Shown: piece by piece, positions 26,714-37,017 of the stretch
Layout of the letters: each line of letters starts with the position of its first letter
Position numbering within the stretch: position 1 is the stretch's first letter
Source of the DNA: a phage
Strand: one strand, 5' to 3'
NCBI GenBank assembly: GCA_019897865.1
Contig: GCA_019897865.1_4532.1
Length of the DNA: 64,000 nt
Translations under genes and position numbers: made by a program
Notes under the pieces: model-generated
What the model was told of the DNA's origin: nothing
The model's input: only the letters and a program-made list of their open reading frames with translations
Database searches by the model: none

Positions 26714-29590
26714 TTACTCGGTAACGTCCACACTAATGTTTGCCATTGTCAAAACAGTAAGTGCAGGAATATTGCTCGAATCCAAAACAGGTAATGCATT
26801 TTGGGGATTAAGTTTTTTGTATAAAGCATACAACCCAAAACCACGTAACAACTCTCCAGCGTGGAAGCCAAAGAAGACTCCGTTATCACTATCTGGTCTA
26901 GGAGCGGCACTCCAACAACCATTCATGACGTGATTAGGACCAAGAACAATATAGTTTTCCTGAATAAGTTCAAAACAGCGGTCTGCTACTATTTTAATGT
27001 TAGGAATTTCTGAATCATATCCAGCCATCCCCATTATAGCACATCCCGCCATAAAGAGCGCAGACATGTGACTTGTAAAGTCATCTACAGGCGCAGCCAC
27101 TTCTCCATTGGGATAAAATATTGTTGGTGTTCTTCCTTCGTTGTTATCTTGGAACCATTTCAGATAGTTGATCCAGTTTTTACAAACTGTTAAAAGTTTT
27201 TCAGGAACTTCTGCTCCTCGTTGTTTCAGTTCGTATACTGTATGACACGCACAGAAGAATGCTCGTGCTTCATAACCATCCCAAGCTTTATCGTTCCAAT
27301 GATACATTGTGAACTCATTCTTGTTTCCGTATTTATGAGCATCCCAACGATCCCAAACATAAGCTTGTGCCATTGGTCCAGGCATCACAGGGGCAAACTT
27401 ATTATAAAACCACATTTGTGAATCATATAAAAAGTCTATACTGTTGTTCATACGAACCCAATCAATATCTCTCCCTTTAAAACAATATAAGGATGGGTAT
27501 TGATAACCTGGGTAAGGAATACCACGCCAACCGTCATATAAGGCTGTGTTAGGATCACTGATATTGGAAAATGGAATGATTCCTGGAGTATAATTCAAAC
27601 TGTTAAGTTTGTAGTCCAGTATTGTACAATCTCCAAGTTTTGCTGTATAAGGATTTTCAGATGAAACTGTAACCCTGAAATACATTGTGTAATCATCACC
27701 AGTGGCTGAAGAATACAAAGATGGGATATCGTTAACGCAATAAAAATCGATTGCCCCTGTCAAGCCATTTGCAGGTTCAGAATCCAATGCAATATTGATC
27801 TGATCAACAGCAGTCAGGTTTATTGACGAAGGTTTTGCCTCTGTGTCTTCGTGATTAGGTTGCCAAGTACTTAATTTGAAATCGGCAGGACTTAAAGCTT
27901 TAGTAACCCATGCAGAATTTGTTTTTTCTAACATGGCCCACCATCTCCAACCTGCAGAATCCGTAATAGTGATGTTAAAATCATCTGCGTATGAACGATA
28001 CGTAATAGATTTTAAATTGGCTGTTTTAGTTGGTGTTAACCAAAACCCAACAGTAAAACCACCATCTGAATCCATATTAGCAGAAACTATCTGATCACTA
28101 TTTGTCCCAGCAATACCAGTTGCATATTTATATTGTATCACAGTATTGCTTCCCCAGTCAACAATGATTCTAGGTTCAGCAATAATATATACACCACCTC
28201 CAGGAGGTTCGGTGCGCATAAAACTGGATAAAGGTATATCCATCTTAGTCATATTAGCTGCACCAAGAGGTAAGCCACAACGATATGTCACTGTGTCTGT
28301 TTCACTCTTAGTCTTGCTTAATTCTAACTCTGGACGGAAAAGAACACCTTCCCCTGCATCATCTACACCTTGAAACTCAATACGCAGTTTTGAATTCTGA
28401 TCCACTCTGAACCAAACTGCCTGTTGTTCTAGAGTTGTTTGTGCTGCAACATCTTGGCGAATTACTGTGTATCCTAATTCATCACGAGAATATTTAGGTA
28501 TTGCTGTAGATGGGTATGAGTAATCATACGAGATACCATCTGTAAAAGGAATTATTGCTGTCGTAGATCTACGGAAGAATTTATCAAACATATCGATGTT
28601 TGAGTAGTCTTGACACAACAATAAAGAAGATTGCCAGCAAAGCCAGTATTTTCTCTCTCCTGTGATCTGATACATCAAGTAGTTTGCATCACACCACCAC
28701 GTTTCAGCATCGGAAGCATTATCTTGATAACCTAACTCTACCGGAACGTTTACAGGACGGTTATGCCACATCTCATTACGCTTAAGCAGATATCCACCGT
28801 GTTCTACAGGGTTGCATGTAGCGTAGTTGAATTTATAATCACCGTTCACAGAAGCATTTTTAAGTTGCACTGTTCCATATTCTGCGAAGCTGTGACCTGT
28901 AGATAAAATGTTACCATCCCAATCAACTTTACGTCCTAGACGGTCTATAATCCATTCAACGTCCCACTGATCTCCATATTCTTTCCAGTTGGTTGAACCA
29001 TCTGGGTTAGTTGCATACACTGTTGCGTTAACAGAGTTCCAACCAAGATTACCATTGAAAGCAAACCAAGCTTTATCTAAGTATTCTCCCCAGTGTGGCG
29101 CACCTTTAGGAATAACAGTCCTTCCGTTAATCCAAGTCATCATGCTACCTTTGAACCCGCCGTGCGTAGGATATCCATCATCTGTGAGAGGGTAGTGTGC
29201 TAAACGTGGTTCTTTACCATTGATGATCCAGTTGGGACGATATTTAGCCGGAGGATCAGGAATAGGTTGGCCCCCGAAGAAGTGATCTATATAGGCTTGC
29301 CAATACTTCTCGGCAGATTCAAGATATTTTTTATCCCCTGTAGCCAAATATGCATAAGCAAAACCAGTGATAAGCACAGATTGACCTTCGGTAGTAGCGT
29401 CACCGTTTGGTTGCCCTTCCTGCGCTGTCCAGTTAATAAAGTGTCTGTTGTTCGCCAATACGTTTTGTGGGTTGATAATGTAGTGCTGAACCGTAGGATC
29501 TATAGTAAGCCCAGTATTTCTTTCCAGAAACTGAACCAACCCTTCAATCAACTGAAACGTGTTGTCAATATTGTGCTTAACTCTTGACAT
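26714..29590 (-). CDS. Large tailspike / receptor-binding protein (putative glycanase)
   Basis: 958 aa, aromatic-rich, positioned with the other tailspikes after the baseplate genes. Confidence 0.55.
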   Translation of the reverse strand: MSRVKHNIDNTFQLIEGLVQFLERNTGLTIDPTVQHYIINPQNVLANNRHFINWTAQEGQPNGDATTEGQSVLITGFAYAYLATGDKKYLESAEKYWQAYIDHFFGGQPIPDPPAKYRPNWIINGKEPRLAHYPLTDDGYPTHGGFKGSMMTWINGRTVIPKGAPHWGEYLDKAWFAFNGNLGWNSVNATVYATNPDGSTNWKEYGDQWDVEWIIDRLGRKVDWDGNILSTGHSFAEYGTVQLKNASVNGDYKFNYATCNPVEHGGYLLKRNEMWHNRPVNVPVELGYQDNASDAETWWCDANYLMYQITGERKYWLCWQSSLLLCQDYSNIDMFDKFFRRSTTAIIPFTDGISYDYSYPSTAIPKYSRDELGYTVIRQDVAAQTTLEQQAVWFRVDQNSKLRIEFQGVDDAGEGVLFRPELELSKTKSETDTVTYRCGLPLGAANMTKMDIPLSSFMRTEPPGGGVYIIAEPRIIVDWGSNTVIQYKYATGIAGTNSDQIVSANMDSDGGFTVGFWLTPTKTANLKSITYRSYADDFNITITDSAGWRWWAMLEKTNSAWVTKALSPADFKLSTWQPNHEDTEAKPSSINLTAVDQINIALDSEPANGLTGAIDFYCVNDIPSLYSSATGDDYTMYFRVTVSSENPYTAKLGDCTILDYKLNSLNYTPGIIPFSNISDPNTALYDGWRGIPYPGYQYPSLYCFKGRDIDWVRMNNSIDFLYDSQMWFYNKFAPVMPGPMAQAYVWDRWDAHKYGNKNEFTMYHWNDKAWDGYEARAFFCACHTVYELKQRGAEVPEKLLTVCKNWINYLKWFQDNNEGRTPTIFYPNGEVAAPVDDFTSHMSALFMAGCAIMGMAGYDSEIPNIKIVADRCFELIQENYIVLGPNHVMNGCWSAAPRPDSDNGVFFGFHAGELLRGFGLYALYKKLNPQNALPVLDSSNIPALTVLTMANISVDVTE

Positions 29591-30063
29591 TAAATAACTC
29601 CTGCTAAAACTAAGCTACCTGTCCAAGTTGCTCCATTATCATAACTGATAAACTCAAAAGTGTCTGTTGCACCTTGACGATAACTCAAAACTGGGGAACG
29701 ACCAAAACTCCATTTTACAGAAGAAGGCCATACGACTTTATTTGCACCACTTCCTTGACGCAAAGCTAAAGTAAAGTTTAAAACTGCATTTGTTGCTACT
29801 GGAATATTAGTAAAACTAATTGTGCACGTTGCAGAAGATAAAGTTGCTGAAAAATATTCTGCCGAACTAATATCTAATGCCAAGGTGCTAGTTACTGTTC
29901 CCCGTGCATTCAGACGGTTTCTAGTTACCCCTGCACCACTCAACAGCACTTTCAAAGAAGTTTTCTTTGTTATTCCAGCCTGATCTGTTACAAAGAAATC
30001 TGTATCAGACACAGAGGTTGTTTGTGTAAGATCAGAAATTTTGATCGTAGTTAAATCTGCCAT
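29590..30063 (-). CDS. Baseplate protein
   Basis: 157 aa, coupled within the baseplate cluster. Confidence 0.4.
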   Translation of the reverse strand: MADLTTIKISDLTQTTSVSDTDFFVTDQAGITKKTSLKVLLSGAGVTRNRLNARGTVTSTLALDISSAEYFSATLSSATCTISFTNIPVATNAVLNFTLALRQGSGANKVVWPSSVKWSFGRSPVLSYRQGATDTFEFISYDNGATWTGSLVLAGVI

Positions 30064-30689
30064 TACTCTTCTACTCCTGTCATAGCTGTTATACCGAAGT
30101 CATTGTTTGTAGCTAATGCATCACCTTTTTCGTTAACCATGATTCTTTCCACTGCTGACTCTGTAGACCATTCATTCCACCAAGTAGAGTAGGTATCACG
30201 TGGCAAACCAACAAAGTTGATAAAGCGATAAAGTCTATTCGAATTCTCAACAATACTGTAAGCTTCACAAATGATCGCTGCATTGTCTTCACCAGCTTCA
30301 GGGTAAATAAACTCTTCAGAAGGTTGAGTATTGAATATAGATGTTACTGTATCTGCTCCAACTGTGACCATAACTGTCATTGAGTAATAACGTTGATCCA
30401 TATCATAAGCAGATTTATAACTGTTTATTGTATCTATGTAAACGTTTTTGGCAATCTCTGCTAAAAATATTCTGTCTACAATATCTTTCTTTCTAGCAAC
30501 ACCAATAATCTCTTGTAAGTAAGGAACACCGAAGTTAGTATTTAAAAACCACTCCCCACGATACGTGTTCAGAGTTATCCCAAGAGTTTGTGCTGCAATT
30601 TCTGTTCTGGTTGTAGTGAGGACCAAATCCCCATCATCCATGATGAGGTCGTTGTTTGGCCCAAGTTTTAAGTCAAAAGGGATTCCCAT
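30063..30689 (-). CDS. Baseplate protein
   Basis: 208 aa, coupled within the baseplate cluster. Confidence 0.4.
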   Translation of the reverse strand: MGIPFDLKLGPNNDLIMDDGDLVLTTTRTEIAAQTLGITLNTYRGEWFLNTNFGVPYLQEIIGVARKKDIVDRIFLAEIAKNVYIDTINSYKSAYDMDQRYYSMTVMVTVGADTVTSIFNTQPSEEFIYPEAGEDNAAIICEAYSIVENSNRLYRFINFVGLPRDTYSTWWNEWSTESAVERIMVNEKGDALATNNDFGITAMTGVEE

Positions 30690-30690
30690 G

Positions 30691-31425
30691 TTAGGCTCCT
30701 GTTGGTTTTAAGGACTCGGCACTTGAGTTACCGCTCTGAATGTTACGAACCGTGTGCGTGTGAGTATGGAATCCGATGCCATTACCATCTGTCATCAAAC
30801 CGTTCTGGTCTATTTTAAGACCATTGATATCTGCCACGCCGCCTTTGAAAGTTAAATTACCACCTTTTAGATCCAAAGTCCCTGTGCCATCTGTAATAGT
30901 AATACCGGAGGTAGTAATATCTATTTTCATCCCTTGACTATTCCATATTGAAATATTACCTGTAGGGTCGAAAGAAGCGTACGTGTTTTTGTTATTAGAA
31001 ATAACTACCTTTTCAGAATCTACAGCTTCTGTTGAATCTGTTCCTGTAGCTATTTTGGGAATAAAACAAATAGGGTATAATCCACAAGGCTGCATAAAAG
31101 TGGATGATGAAGAGGTTTCTCCACTAGTTTGCAGTGCATTAGAAGGATCTCTTTCAGAAAATATAACAGTTCCTAAATCGCCAGCTTTAATAGGAAATGA
31201 GATTCTTCCTGTCCCACCCCCATTAACCATAAAAGGAACATCTTCAAAAGTAGGATAATCTATTTCATCTTCACTAGATCGTGTGTTTTTAACAATAGAT
31301 TCTAAAGTGACAGTTTTAGCACCATAATTAACGCCAGTCACACGGACTGGCAAGGCTGTATGGACTTCTGCTAATTGTTCTGTCATTAAGCCACGCATTG
31401 CTGTGACAAAATTCAATGCATCCAT
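30691..31425 (-). CDS. Baseplate central spike / assembly protein V-like
   Basis: 244 aa; Gly/Thr-rich C-terminal repeats (TTSGITITDGTGTLDLKGGNLTFKGGVADINGL) and HTHTHT near the C-terminus, typical of spike beta-helix tips. Confidence 0.5.
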   Translation of the reverse strand: MDALNFVTAMRGLMTEQLAEVHTALPVRVTGVNYGAKTVTLESIVKNTRSSEDEIDYPTFEDVPFMVNGGGTGRISFPIKAGDLGTVIFSERDPSNALQTSGETSSSSTFMQPCGLYPICFIPKIATGTDSTEAVDSEKVVISNNKNTYASFDPTGNISIWNSQGMKIDITTSGITITDGTGTLDLKGGNLTFKGGVADINGLKIDQNGLMTDGNGIGFHTHTHTVRNIQSGNSSAESLKPTGA

Positions 31426-32435
31426 TATTTCTCCTTAGTCATTATTTCAGACACGGATACACACTCCACCTCAGTAACCCACTCTTTACCCTCTTTATCA
31501 CCATTGTGAGAAACAGAAACAACCTTAAATGGACCATCATAATCTCGGCTTTTTAACCAGATTGTTTTTTCTGGTAATATTGCACCATTCATTTGGCATT
31601 TGAATTTAACACCGTCTGTAGGTTTCTTTGCCTTCTTAGAGGACTTGGTAACTTTTTTAGTAGGTTTTATATCGTTGTGGAATGGTTCTGGACTTCCTAT
31701 CAAACCAGTTTCAGGACTAATATAGGCGCTACGTGCACTAGACATTTGTGAACGAGGAGTGACATAAACAGATCCATCTTGTATTGACACATTGTGATCA
31801 ATACTTTTACAAATATGTTCTAGGTAATGTGAAGTGTTTCCACACATAGCTGTTGCTGAAGATAAGGTTTGATCATTATCTACGTGTATATTACCTTCTG
31901 TAGTTCCTAAATCCTTTACCAAATCTGTAACAACACGTTTGATTTTAGTTCCTTTTGGATAACTGCGGCTTGTTCTTGCTTCTGCAATGTTAATACCGCC
32001 ATCCAAACAGTGTAAAGTGGTTTTCCTGTCTACCGAGTCAAAAGTATCACTAACCCACTGGATAGTTCCTTTGAAGACCATAACCAACTCTTCACCTTCG
32101 TATCCTACCGCTAAAGCAACAGCCAAGTTATTTCGGATACCACGGTTTATATAGTTAACAGTATCATCCGAAAGGTTATAAACTACAATCTCTGCTTGGT
32201 TAGGATCTTTGTTATTATCTTTCTTAATGCTGAAGGTTATTTGATGGTCTTGCAACAAATACAAATTAGAAGAGGATTTTTCTGTTGTCCCTAACTTGGT
32301 ATCCAAATCTACCGTAGATTTAAATGCCGAGTTCTTAGTTCTCTTCTGTATTGTGTTTGTGGCAGAACCAATTAATAATTTGTATGCCCTGTTTAAATTA
32401 GGGGCAGGAGCTTTTGTATACTCTCTTTCTGCCAT
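31425..32435 (-). CDS. Baseplate hub / late tail protein (gpD-like position)
   Basis: 336 aa, immediately upstream of the spike gene. Confidence 0.45.
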   Translation of the reverse strand: MAEREYTKAPAPNLNRAYKLLIGSATNTIQKRTKNSAFKSTVDLDTKLGTTEKSSSNLYLLQDHQITFSIKKDNNKDPNQAEIVVYNLSDDTVNYINRGIRNNLAVALAVGYEGEELVMVFKGTIQWVSDTFDSVDRKTTLHCLDGGINIAEARTSRSYPKGTKIKRVVTDLVKDLGTTEGNIHVDNDQTLSSATAMCGNTSHYLEHICKSIDHNVSIQDGSVYVTPRSQMSSARSAYISPETGLIGSPEPFHNDIKPTKKVTKSSKKAKKPTDGVKFKCQMNGAILPEKTIWLKSRDYDGPFKVVSVSHNGDKEGKEWVTEVECVSVSEIMTKEK

Positions 32436-32444
32436 ATTATCTCC

Positions 32445-32858
32445 TTACGCCTGATTAGGTTTGTTATCAATATAAACCAATACAAAACGTTTATCTCGAC
32501 CCGTAGTTGTATACCCAGGACGACCATTAATCTTAACTGTATCTACTATATATAATTGACCATCTGGCACACTTTCAAGATATTTATAAGGTTTAAGAAG
32601 ATCTAAACCATTTGTAACTTTGAAACTTATACTTGGATCATCTCCAGATAATCCAATCTGACATTGCCAAGACTCGTCCCTAGTGTTCCACCTTAAACGA
32701 ATGTCATAATCAACTCCATCCAATGTAACTGTATATGTTTGATCAGGGTACTCTTCAGTTTTCAGGTACCATGCAAAATAAGTAGAATGGTCCTCTAGAT
32801 AAACTGCACTGTAGCCTGTATTACTTGTAGACCTTGTTGTTTTAGAATAAGTTGTCAC
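32445..32858 (-). CDS. Tail/baseplate assembly protein
   Basis: 137 aa, between tape measure and hub. Confidence 0.4.
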   Translation of the reverse strand: MTTYSKTTRSTSNTGYSAVYLEDHSTYFAWYLKTEEYPDQTYTVTLDGVDYDIRLRWNTRDESWQCQIGLSGDDPSISFKVTNGLDLLKPYKYLESVPDGQLYIVDTVKINGRPGYTTTGRDKRFVLVYIDNKPNQA

Positions 32859-32860
32859 TA

Positions 32861-33562
32861 TTAACCTCCGTTGTTTGTTGGGGTATTAGTAGCTTCAGCA
32901 GTTCTTACTGTAATATCTGACTTAGGACCATTAGAAGCGACTTGACCTTTCACATCACCACCAGTTGACTTATTTGGTGCTGTTTTTACAGCAATAGCAT
33001 TAGTAGTGGCCTTAGAGACTAGACGAATTTGTTCGAACTCTAAATCAAATTGCATAGCAAATTCAGATTTATAATCATAAGAGTAGCCTTTCAGAATAAC
33101 ATTTTCAAAAGTCCTGTGTTCTGTCAAAAGAACTATTGGTTGTCTTGACTCAAATATTTGGTCTAGATATTCTATTGCTTGAGAAATCCTTGCACCATTT
33201 ACACCTGCACTGTATAATTGATCTCGCATAAGCCGAATTGGTGTTTCGGTAATTATACCTGAAAGTTTAAATCTGTTGTTTTTTATTTGAACGTGGTCAC
33301 TTACATCCGATCCTGATTCTACTGGAAAACTTGTAACATCTGCCTCACGAGTTACACCTACTTCAGGGACCGAATCGAAAGTAATTGCTTTAAAGTTTTG
33401 AATGTATTGATCACTTGAACTATTATAAACACTTGCTAAAATGCAGAAACCATTATCACCCTTTACAGTAGATGCCGAGGTATTTTTATTCTCGGTAGAG
33501 TTGATTTCCTGTTCTGCCTTATAGACGGCTCTCACCGACTGTTGTGGAGTCATTGCTGCCAT
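32861..33562 (-). CDS. Tail/baseplate assembly protein
   Basis: 233 aa, follows the tape measure gene. Confidence 0.4.
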   Translation of the reverse strand: MAAMTPQQSVRAVYKAEQEINSTENKNTSASTVKGDNGFCILASVYNSSSDQYIQNFKAITFDSVPEVGVTREADVTSFPVESGSDVSDHVQIKNNRFKLSGIITETPIRLMRDQLYSAGVNGARISQAIEYLDQIFESRQPIVLLTEHRTFENVILKGYSYDYKSEFAMQFDLEFEQIRLVSKATTNAIAVKTAPNKSTGGDVKGQVASNGPKSDITVRTAEATNTPTNNGG

Positions 33563-33688
33563 GATAACCTCGTAGTAATGATAATGCCAAAAGGAAGATG
33601 CAAGATCTTCCCATATTGATTATTGTAACACATATAGAAACTTCGTGTCAAGGGAAACGAAAAAACCCCGCCGAAGCGAGGTATTTTA

Positions 33689-35677
33689 TTAACCACCAGT
33701 GTTAGATTGTCCACTTAGAGTTGAAAGAGATAAACGTTGGAAAATGCTATTTCCGCTATTTTGAATTCTTGCATCAAGAATATTTCCAAACTCTGAAGAA
33801 GGGCTGATCGTAACTTTGATAAGATCACTTGGTATTGCTACCGTATTCTCAACAACAGGTTGATTACGAGCCAAACTTACGTTAGGTGTATAGGCTGATT
33901 CACGTAAATCTTCAAGAGGATTACCAAATCCAAAAGCACGTGTCCTTGTTTGTTCTCCTCTCCACATGCGACCAATATCTTGTGTATCAATACCTGTTAA
34001 ATTGTACAACCAATCTGCTACAGGATTGCTGTCTCCACTTTGCGTTGCCTCGTATGCTTTTTGTGCCATAGATTTATTAGGATCTGTGTTGTCTCCGAAT
34101 GTATCTGGGAATGTTTCTTTAAGCCAATTGGTAAAAGATCCGAAACCATCTCCCAATTCTTTAGCAAAACCTCCTAATTGAACTGTTGTCTTACCGAGTT
34201 CTTCACCTAAATCTTTGGCAAACTGATCTAGCACTTTAACGTTATCCAACCAAGAATCATCTTTAGGTAAGGCTTTCACAAAACCCTCTAAGAAGTGGTT
34301 CTGCATACCTTGACCTACAAGCTGAACTGTTGCAGCAAAACGAGTAAACTCTTTAGAAGCATCTATTTGTTCTTGAGTTAATGTTGCACCTGTTCTTTGA
34401 AGCATTTTCAATACTTCATTATACCCTTCGCCGTTTTTACTAAACATACGTTGGTAGTGCATAAGGTCATCACCAAGGTTTTCAAGAAGTCGCCCGATTT
34501 GAGCAGAGTTCATACCTCGACGCTCACCTTCATTAACAGTAGCCTGAATAAAAGCTAAAGGATCGTTCTGTAAAGGTTTAAGCTGTTCTGGATTCCATCC
34601 AAACAAGTTCATAATGTCAGTTATGCCATTATCACCGCCTTTCCACTTCCCTTCTTTCTCATTCCACTTTGCAGCTAAAACGGTATTACCAAGACGTTCA
34701 CGAACGTCTTTAATATTATCTATTGATTTAATAATATTTGCAGAGTCTACACCGTTCTGTTCACCCCAAGCTGTCATTGCCAAAATAGCGTTGGCGTTTG
34801 TCTGAACGTTTTCAGCACCACGACTTACAAGTTTAATTCTTTCGTTAGTATTCATCAACGTGTTACCAACTACAGAACCACCTGCAAACAGCCCAGCACC
34901 TATCAAAGAGGATGCAATCATGCGTGGATTAAGACCTGCTGCACCTTCTTTTAATTGTCCGTATCTACGATCACGATCACGTTTTTGTTGAGCTAATTCA
35001 CGCTTACGGTTGCGTTCTATATCTCTAAGTTCACGATTTCGCATACGTATACGCATTTTAGCTTCTGCTTCTAGCTCTCTACGAATACGGCGACGACCGC
35101 GAACCTCGTCTTCTATTTCAGCATTCTTTTCACGATGAGATCTGCGTAAAGCATCCAACTGGTGAGCAAGAGCTTGGTTCATACGTTGAAGAGTTATTTC
35201 ACCCTTTTTGTATTGCTCTACAGCTTTACCCATAACGTCTCTAGCTTCTTGCATAGCACCAGGACTTGCTTTACTAAATGCTCTTGCTCGGTAGTTAAAG
35301 TTCTGTAAACGAAGATTACCTAAGTCTTCCCTACGTGCTGCTGCTTTAGCTTCTCGTTCAGCCGCTTTACGAGCTTTTTCTTCTTCTCTACCTTGTGGGG
35401 TTTTAGGAGTTCTAGGTCTACCAGAACCACCTACAGGAGCACCCGCTCCAGCGGGAGTAGGTGCTCGCATAGGTTTTTGGCTTTGAGTTTGAGCTTTCTT
35501 AAGTTCACGCTCAATCTCTTTCATTTGTTGTCTAAACTTGGTCATGTTCATAGTGGGTTGCATTTTATTTGCAAACTTCTGAACACTCAACACGGCATCT
35601 TTTGCTTCCTTGAGACTGTTCTTGTCCACCTTAAACGTAACCACGTTACTAATTCTGGAGGCGTTAATTTCTAACAA
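33689..35677 (-). CDS. Tail tape measure protein
   Basis: 662 aa, long charged coiled-coil region (RREDLGNLRLQNFNYRARAF..., Arg/Glu/Lys repeats), located after the chaperone pair. Confidence 0.7.
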   Translation of the reverse strand: MLEINASRISNVVTFKVDKNSLKEAKDAVLSVQKFANKMQPTMNMTKFRQQMKEIERELKKAQTQSQKPMRAPTPAGAGAPVGGSGRPRTPKTPQGREEEKARKAAEREAKAAARREDLGNLRLQNFNYRARAFSKASPGAMQEARDVMGKAVEQYKKGEITLQRMNQALAHQLDALRRSHREKNAEIEDEVRGRRRIRRELEAEAKMRIRMRNRELRDIERNRKRELAQQKRDRDRRYGQLKEGAAGLNPRMIASSLIGAGLFAGGSVVGNTLMNTNERIKLVSRGAENVQTNANAILAMTAWGEQNGVDSANIIKSIDNIKDVRERLGNTVLAAKWNEKEGKWKGGDNGITDIMNLFGWNPEQLKPLQNDPLAFIQATVNEGERRGMNSAQIGRLLENLGDDLMHYQRMFSKNGEGYNEVLKMLQRTGATLTQEQIDASKEFTRFAATVQLVGQGMQNHFLEGFVKALPKDDSWLDNVKVLDQFAKDLGEELGKTTVQLGGFAKELGDGFGSFTNWLKETFPDTFGDNTDPNKSMAQKAYEATQSGDSNPVADWLYNLTGIDTQDIGRMWRGEQTRTRAFGFGNPLEDLRESAYTPNVSLARNQPVVENTVAIPSDLIKVTISPSSEFGNILDARIQNSGNSIFQRLSLSTLSGQSNTGG

Positions 35678-35697
35678 AGTATGTTCCTCGTGTTGGA

Positions 35698-35916
35698 TTA
35701 AACAAGTTTCTTAAACAAATCTGACATTTTATTTGTCTGGTTTTGATGTTTTCTCTTTATTGAAGTGTCTTTAACATACATGGCTTCAACATACTCTTCG
35801 TATGTTAAATACTCATATAGTTTTAAAAGATAATCTACACCGTAGTTATCTAATGTTTTCAGTGTTTCCGAGGTATCTTTAACGACTTTGCAAAGAATAA
35901 CCTCATACCACTTCAA
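35698..35916 (-). CDS. Tail assembly chaperone -1 frameshift extension (gpGT-like)
   Basis: -1 frame is open from the slippery site T_TTT_TTC (+ strand 36027-36033) to the stop at 35698; the frameshifted read reaches ...TLKWYEVILCKVVKDTSE... of this ORF without stops. Confidence 0.5.
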   Translation of the reverse strand: MKWYEVILCKVVKDTSETLKTLDNYGVDYLLKLYEYLTYEEYVEAMYVKDTSIKRKHQNQTNKMSDLFKKLV

Positions 35917-35963
35917 AGTAAGGGTTTTCGTTGCTGTGTCGATAGCATGTTCAATCGCAGGTG

Positions 35964-36446
35964 TTAATTTGCTGCTAAACTCGTCATCGCCTGAAGCTGT
36001 GTGAACAGTTTTCCGAAACCTCGTTTGAAAAAAGGGCCGTAGTTTACCTCCAGAACTTTAGCAGTAAGATCTAACACTAGTTCTGGGTGAGCCATAAATA
36101 ATTCATCAAAATTTTCTGCAACGTTATAACCGTCTTGGGTATAAACCTCATCTAAAATTTTACGCAAAAAGACAGTTAAATTCTTTTCTTCCAAACCTGC
36201 AAAAAGTTGGATCAGTGCCATAGCAATACGTGACTCAAGGTCTTCGTCTGCGGACATTGTTGCTGTGCTATACATAGTCATAGGAACAACCAGAACACTA
36301 CCTAATTCTGGAATCCTGTCAAACACTTTAGATGGACTCCACTTCATAATACGGAAAGTAACAGATCTGTTTCCATCTAACGGAATCTCAACTACTTCTT
36401 CTGGTCGAGCATATTTTTGAATTGTGTTATCTTGTTCTTGTGACAT
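35964..36446 (-). CDS. Tail assembly chaperone (gpG-like), upstream frame
   Basis: 160 aa between tail tube and tape measure; ends just after the slippery site. Confidence 0.6.
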   Translation of the reverse strand: MSQEQDNTIQKYARPEEVVEIPLDGNRSVTFRIMKWSPSKVFDRIPELGSVLVVPMTMYSTATMSADEDLESRIAMALIQLFAGLEEKNLTVFLRKILDEVYTQDGYNVAENFDELFMAHPELVLDLTAKVLEVNYGPFFKRGFGKLFTQLQAMTSLAAN

Positions 36447-36456
36447 ATTTTCCTCT

Positions 36457-36481
36457 CTAATGATAAAAAGGGCATTTCTGC
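36457..36481 (-). terminator. Rho-independent terminator after tail tube gene
   Basis: AGGGCA/TGCCCT hairpin; on the - strand followed by TTTTTATC. Confidence 0.55.
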
Positions 36482-36491
36482 CCTTTATTTA

Positions 36492-36971
36492 TTATTGAAT
36501 TGTCAGAGCAGAGATTGAGTTAAGGGTGCTCAAACCTACACCAACTTCATTACGCAGAAGGCTTGCATCTTTAAGACCAATAACCCATTGGTTCTCTGTA
36601 ATCATTTCGCCAATAGTATCTTCAGGCTGACTTTGAATCCATCCAATCGTGCTAATGTAATAGCCACGTGGGTCTTCCAAGTAAACACTGAATGCTACTT
36701 GACGAGTAGAATACATTGTTTGTGCATATGTTGCAAGTACTTCGTTAGCTGGAGATGTGCGTTGCAAAGACATTGTGAGTGTTCCCAAACGGTTACGACT
36801 CAAAGCTAATGAAACGTCCCCATCAGTCCCTGAATAAGGGTTGATAATATCGTTAGATTTAGCAATAACGATTTTAGTATCAGCCGCAAAACCCCACGGT
36901 TCCCAACCACCTAATGAAAGGATAACTTGAGATGGGTCGTAGGCCATTACGCCAGTAAGCATTTTATCCAT
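36492..36971 (-). CDS. Tail tube protein
   Basis: 159 aa directly downstream of the sheath gene, then terminator and chaperone pair. Confidence 0.65.
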   Translation of the reverse strand: MDKMLTGVMAYDPSQVILSLGGWEPWGFAADTKIVIAKSNDIINPYSGTDGDVSLALSRNRLGTLTMSLQRTSPANEVLATYAQTMYSTRQVAFSVYLEDPRGYYISTIGWIQSQPEDTIGEMITENQWVIGLKDASLLRNEVGVGLSTLNSISALTIQ

Positions 36972-37017
36972 TATAGATCCTCTTTATTTTGATAACGGGG
37001 GCTTAACCCCCGCCGTA

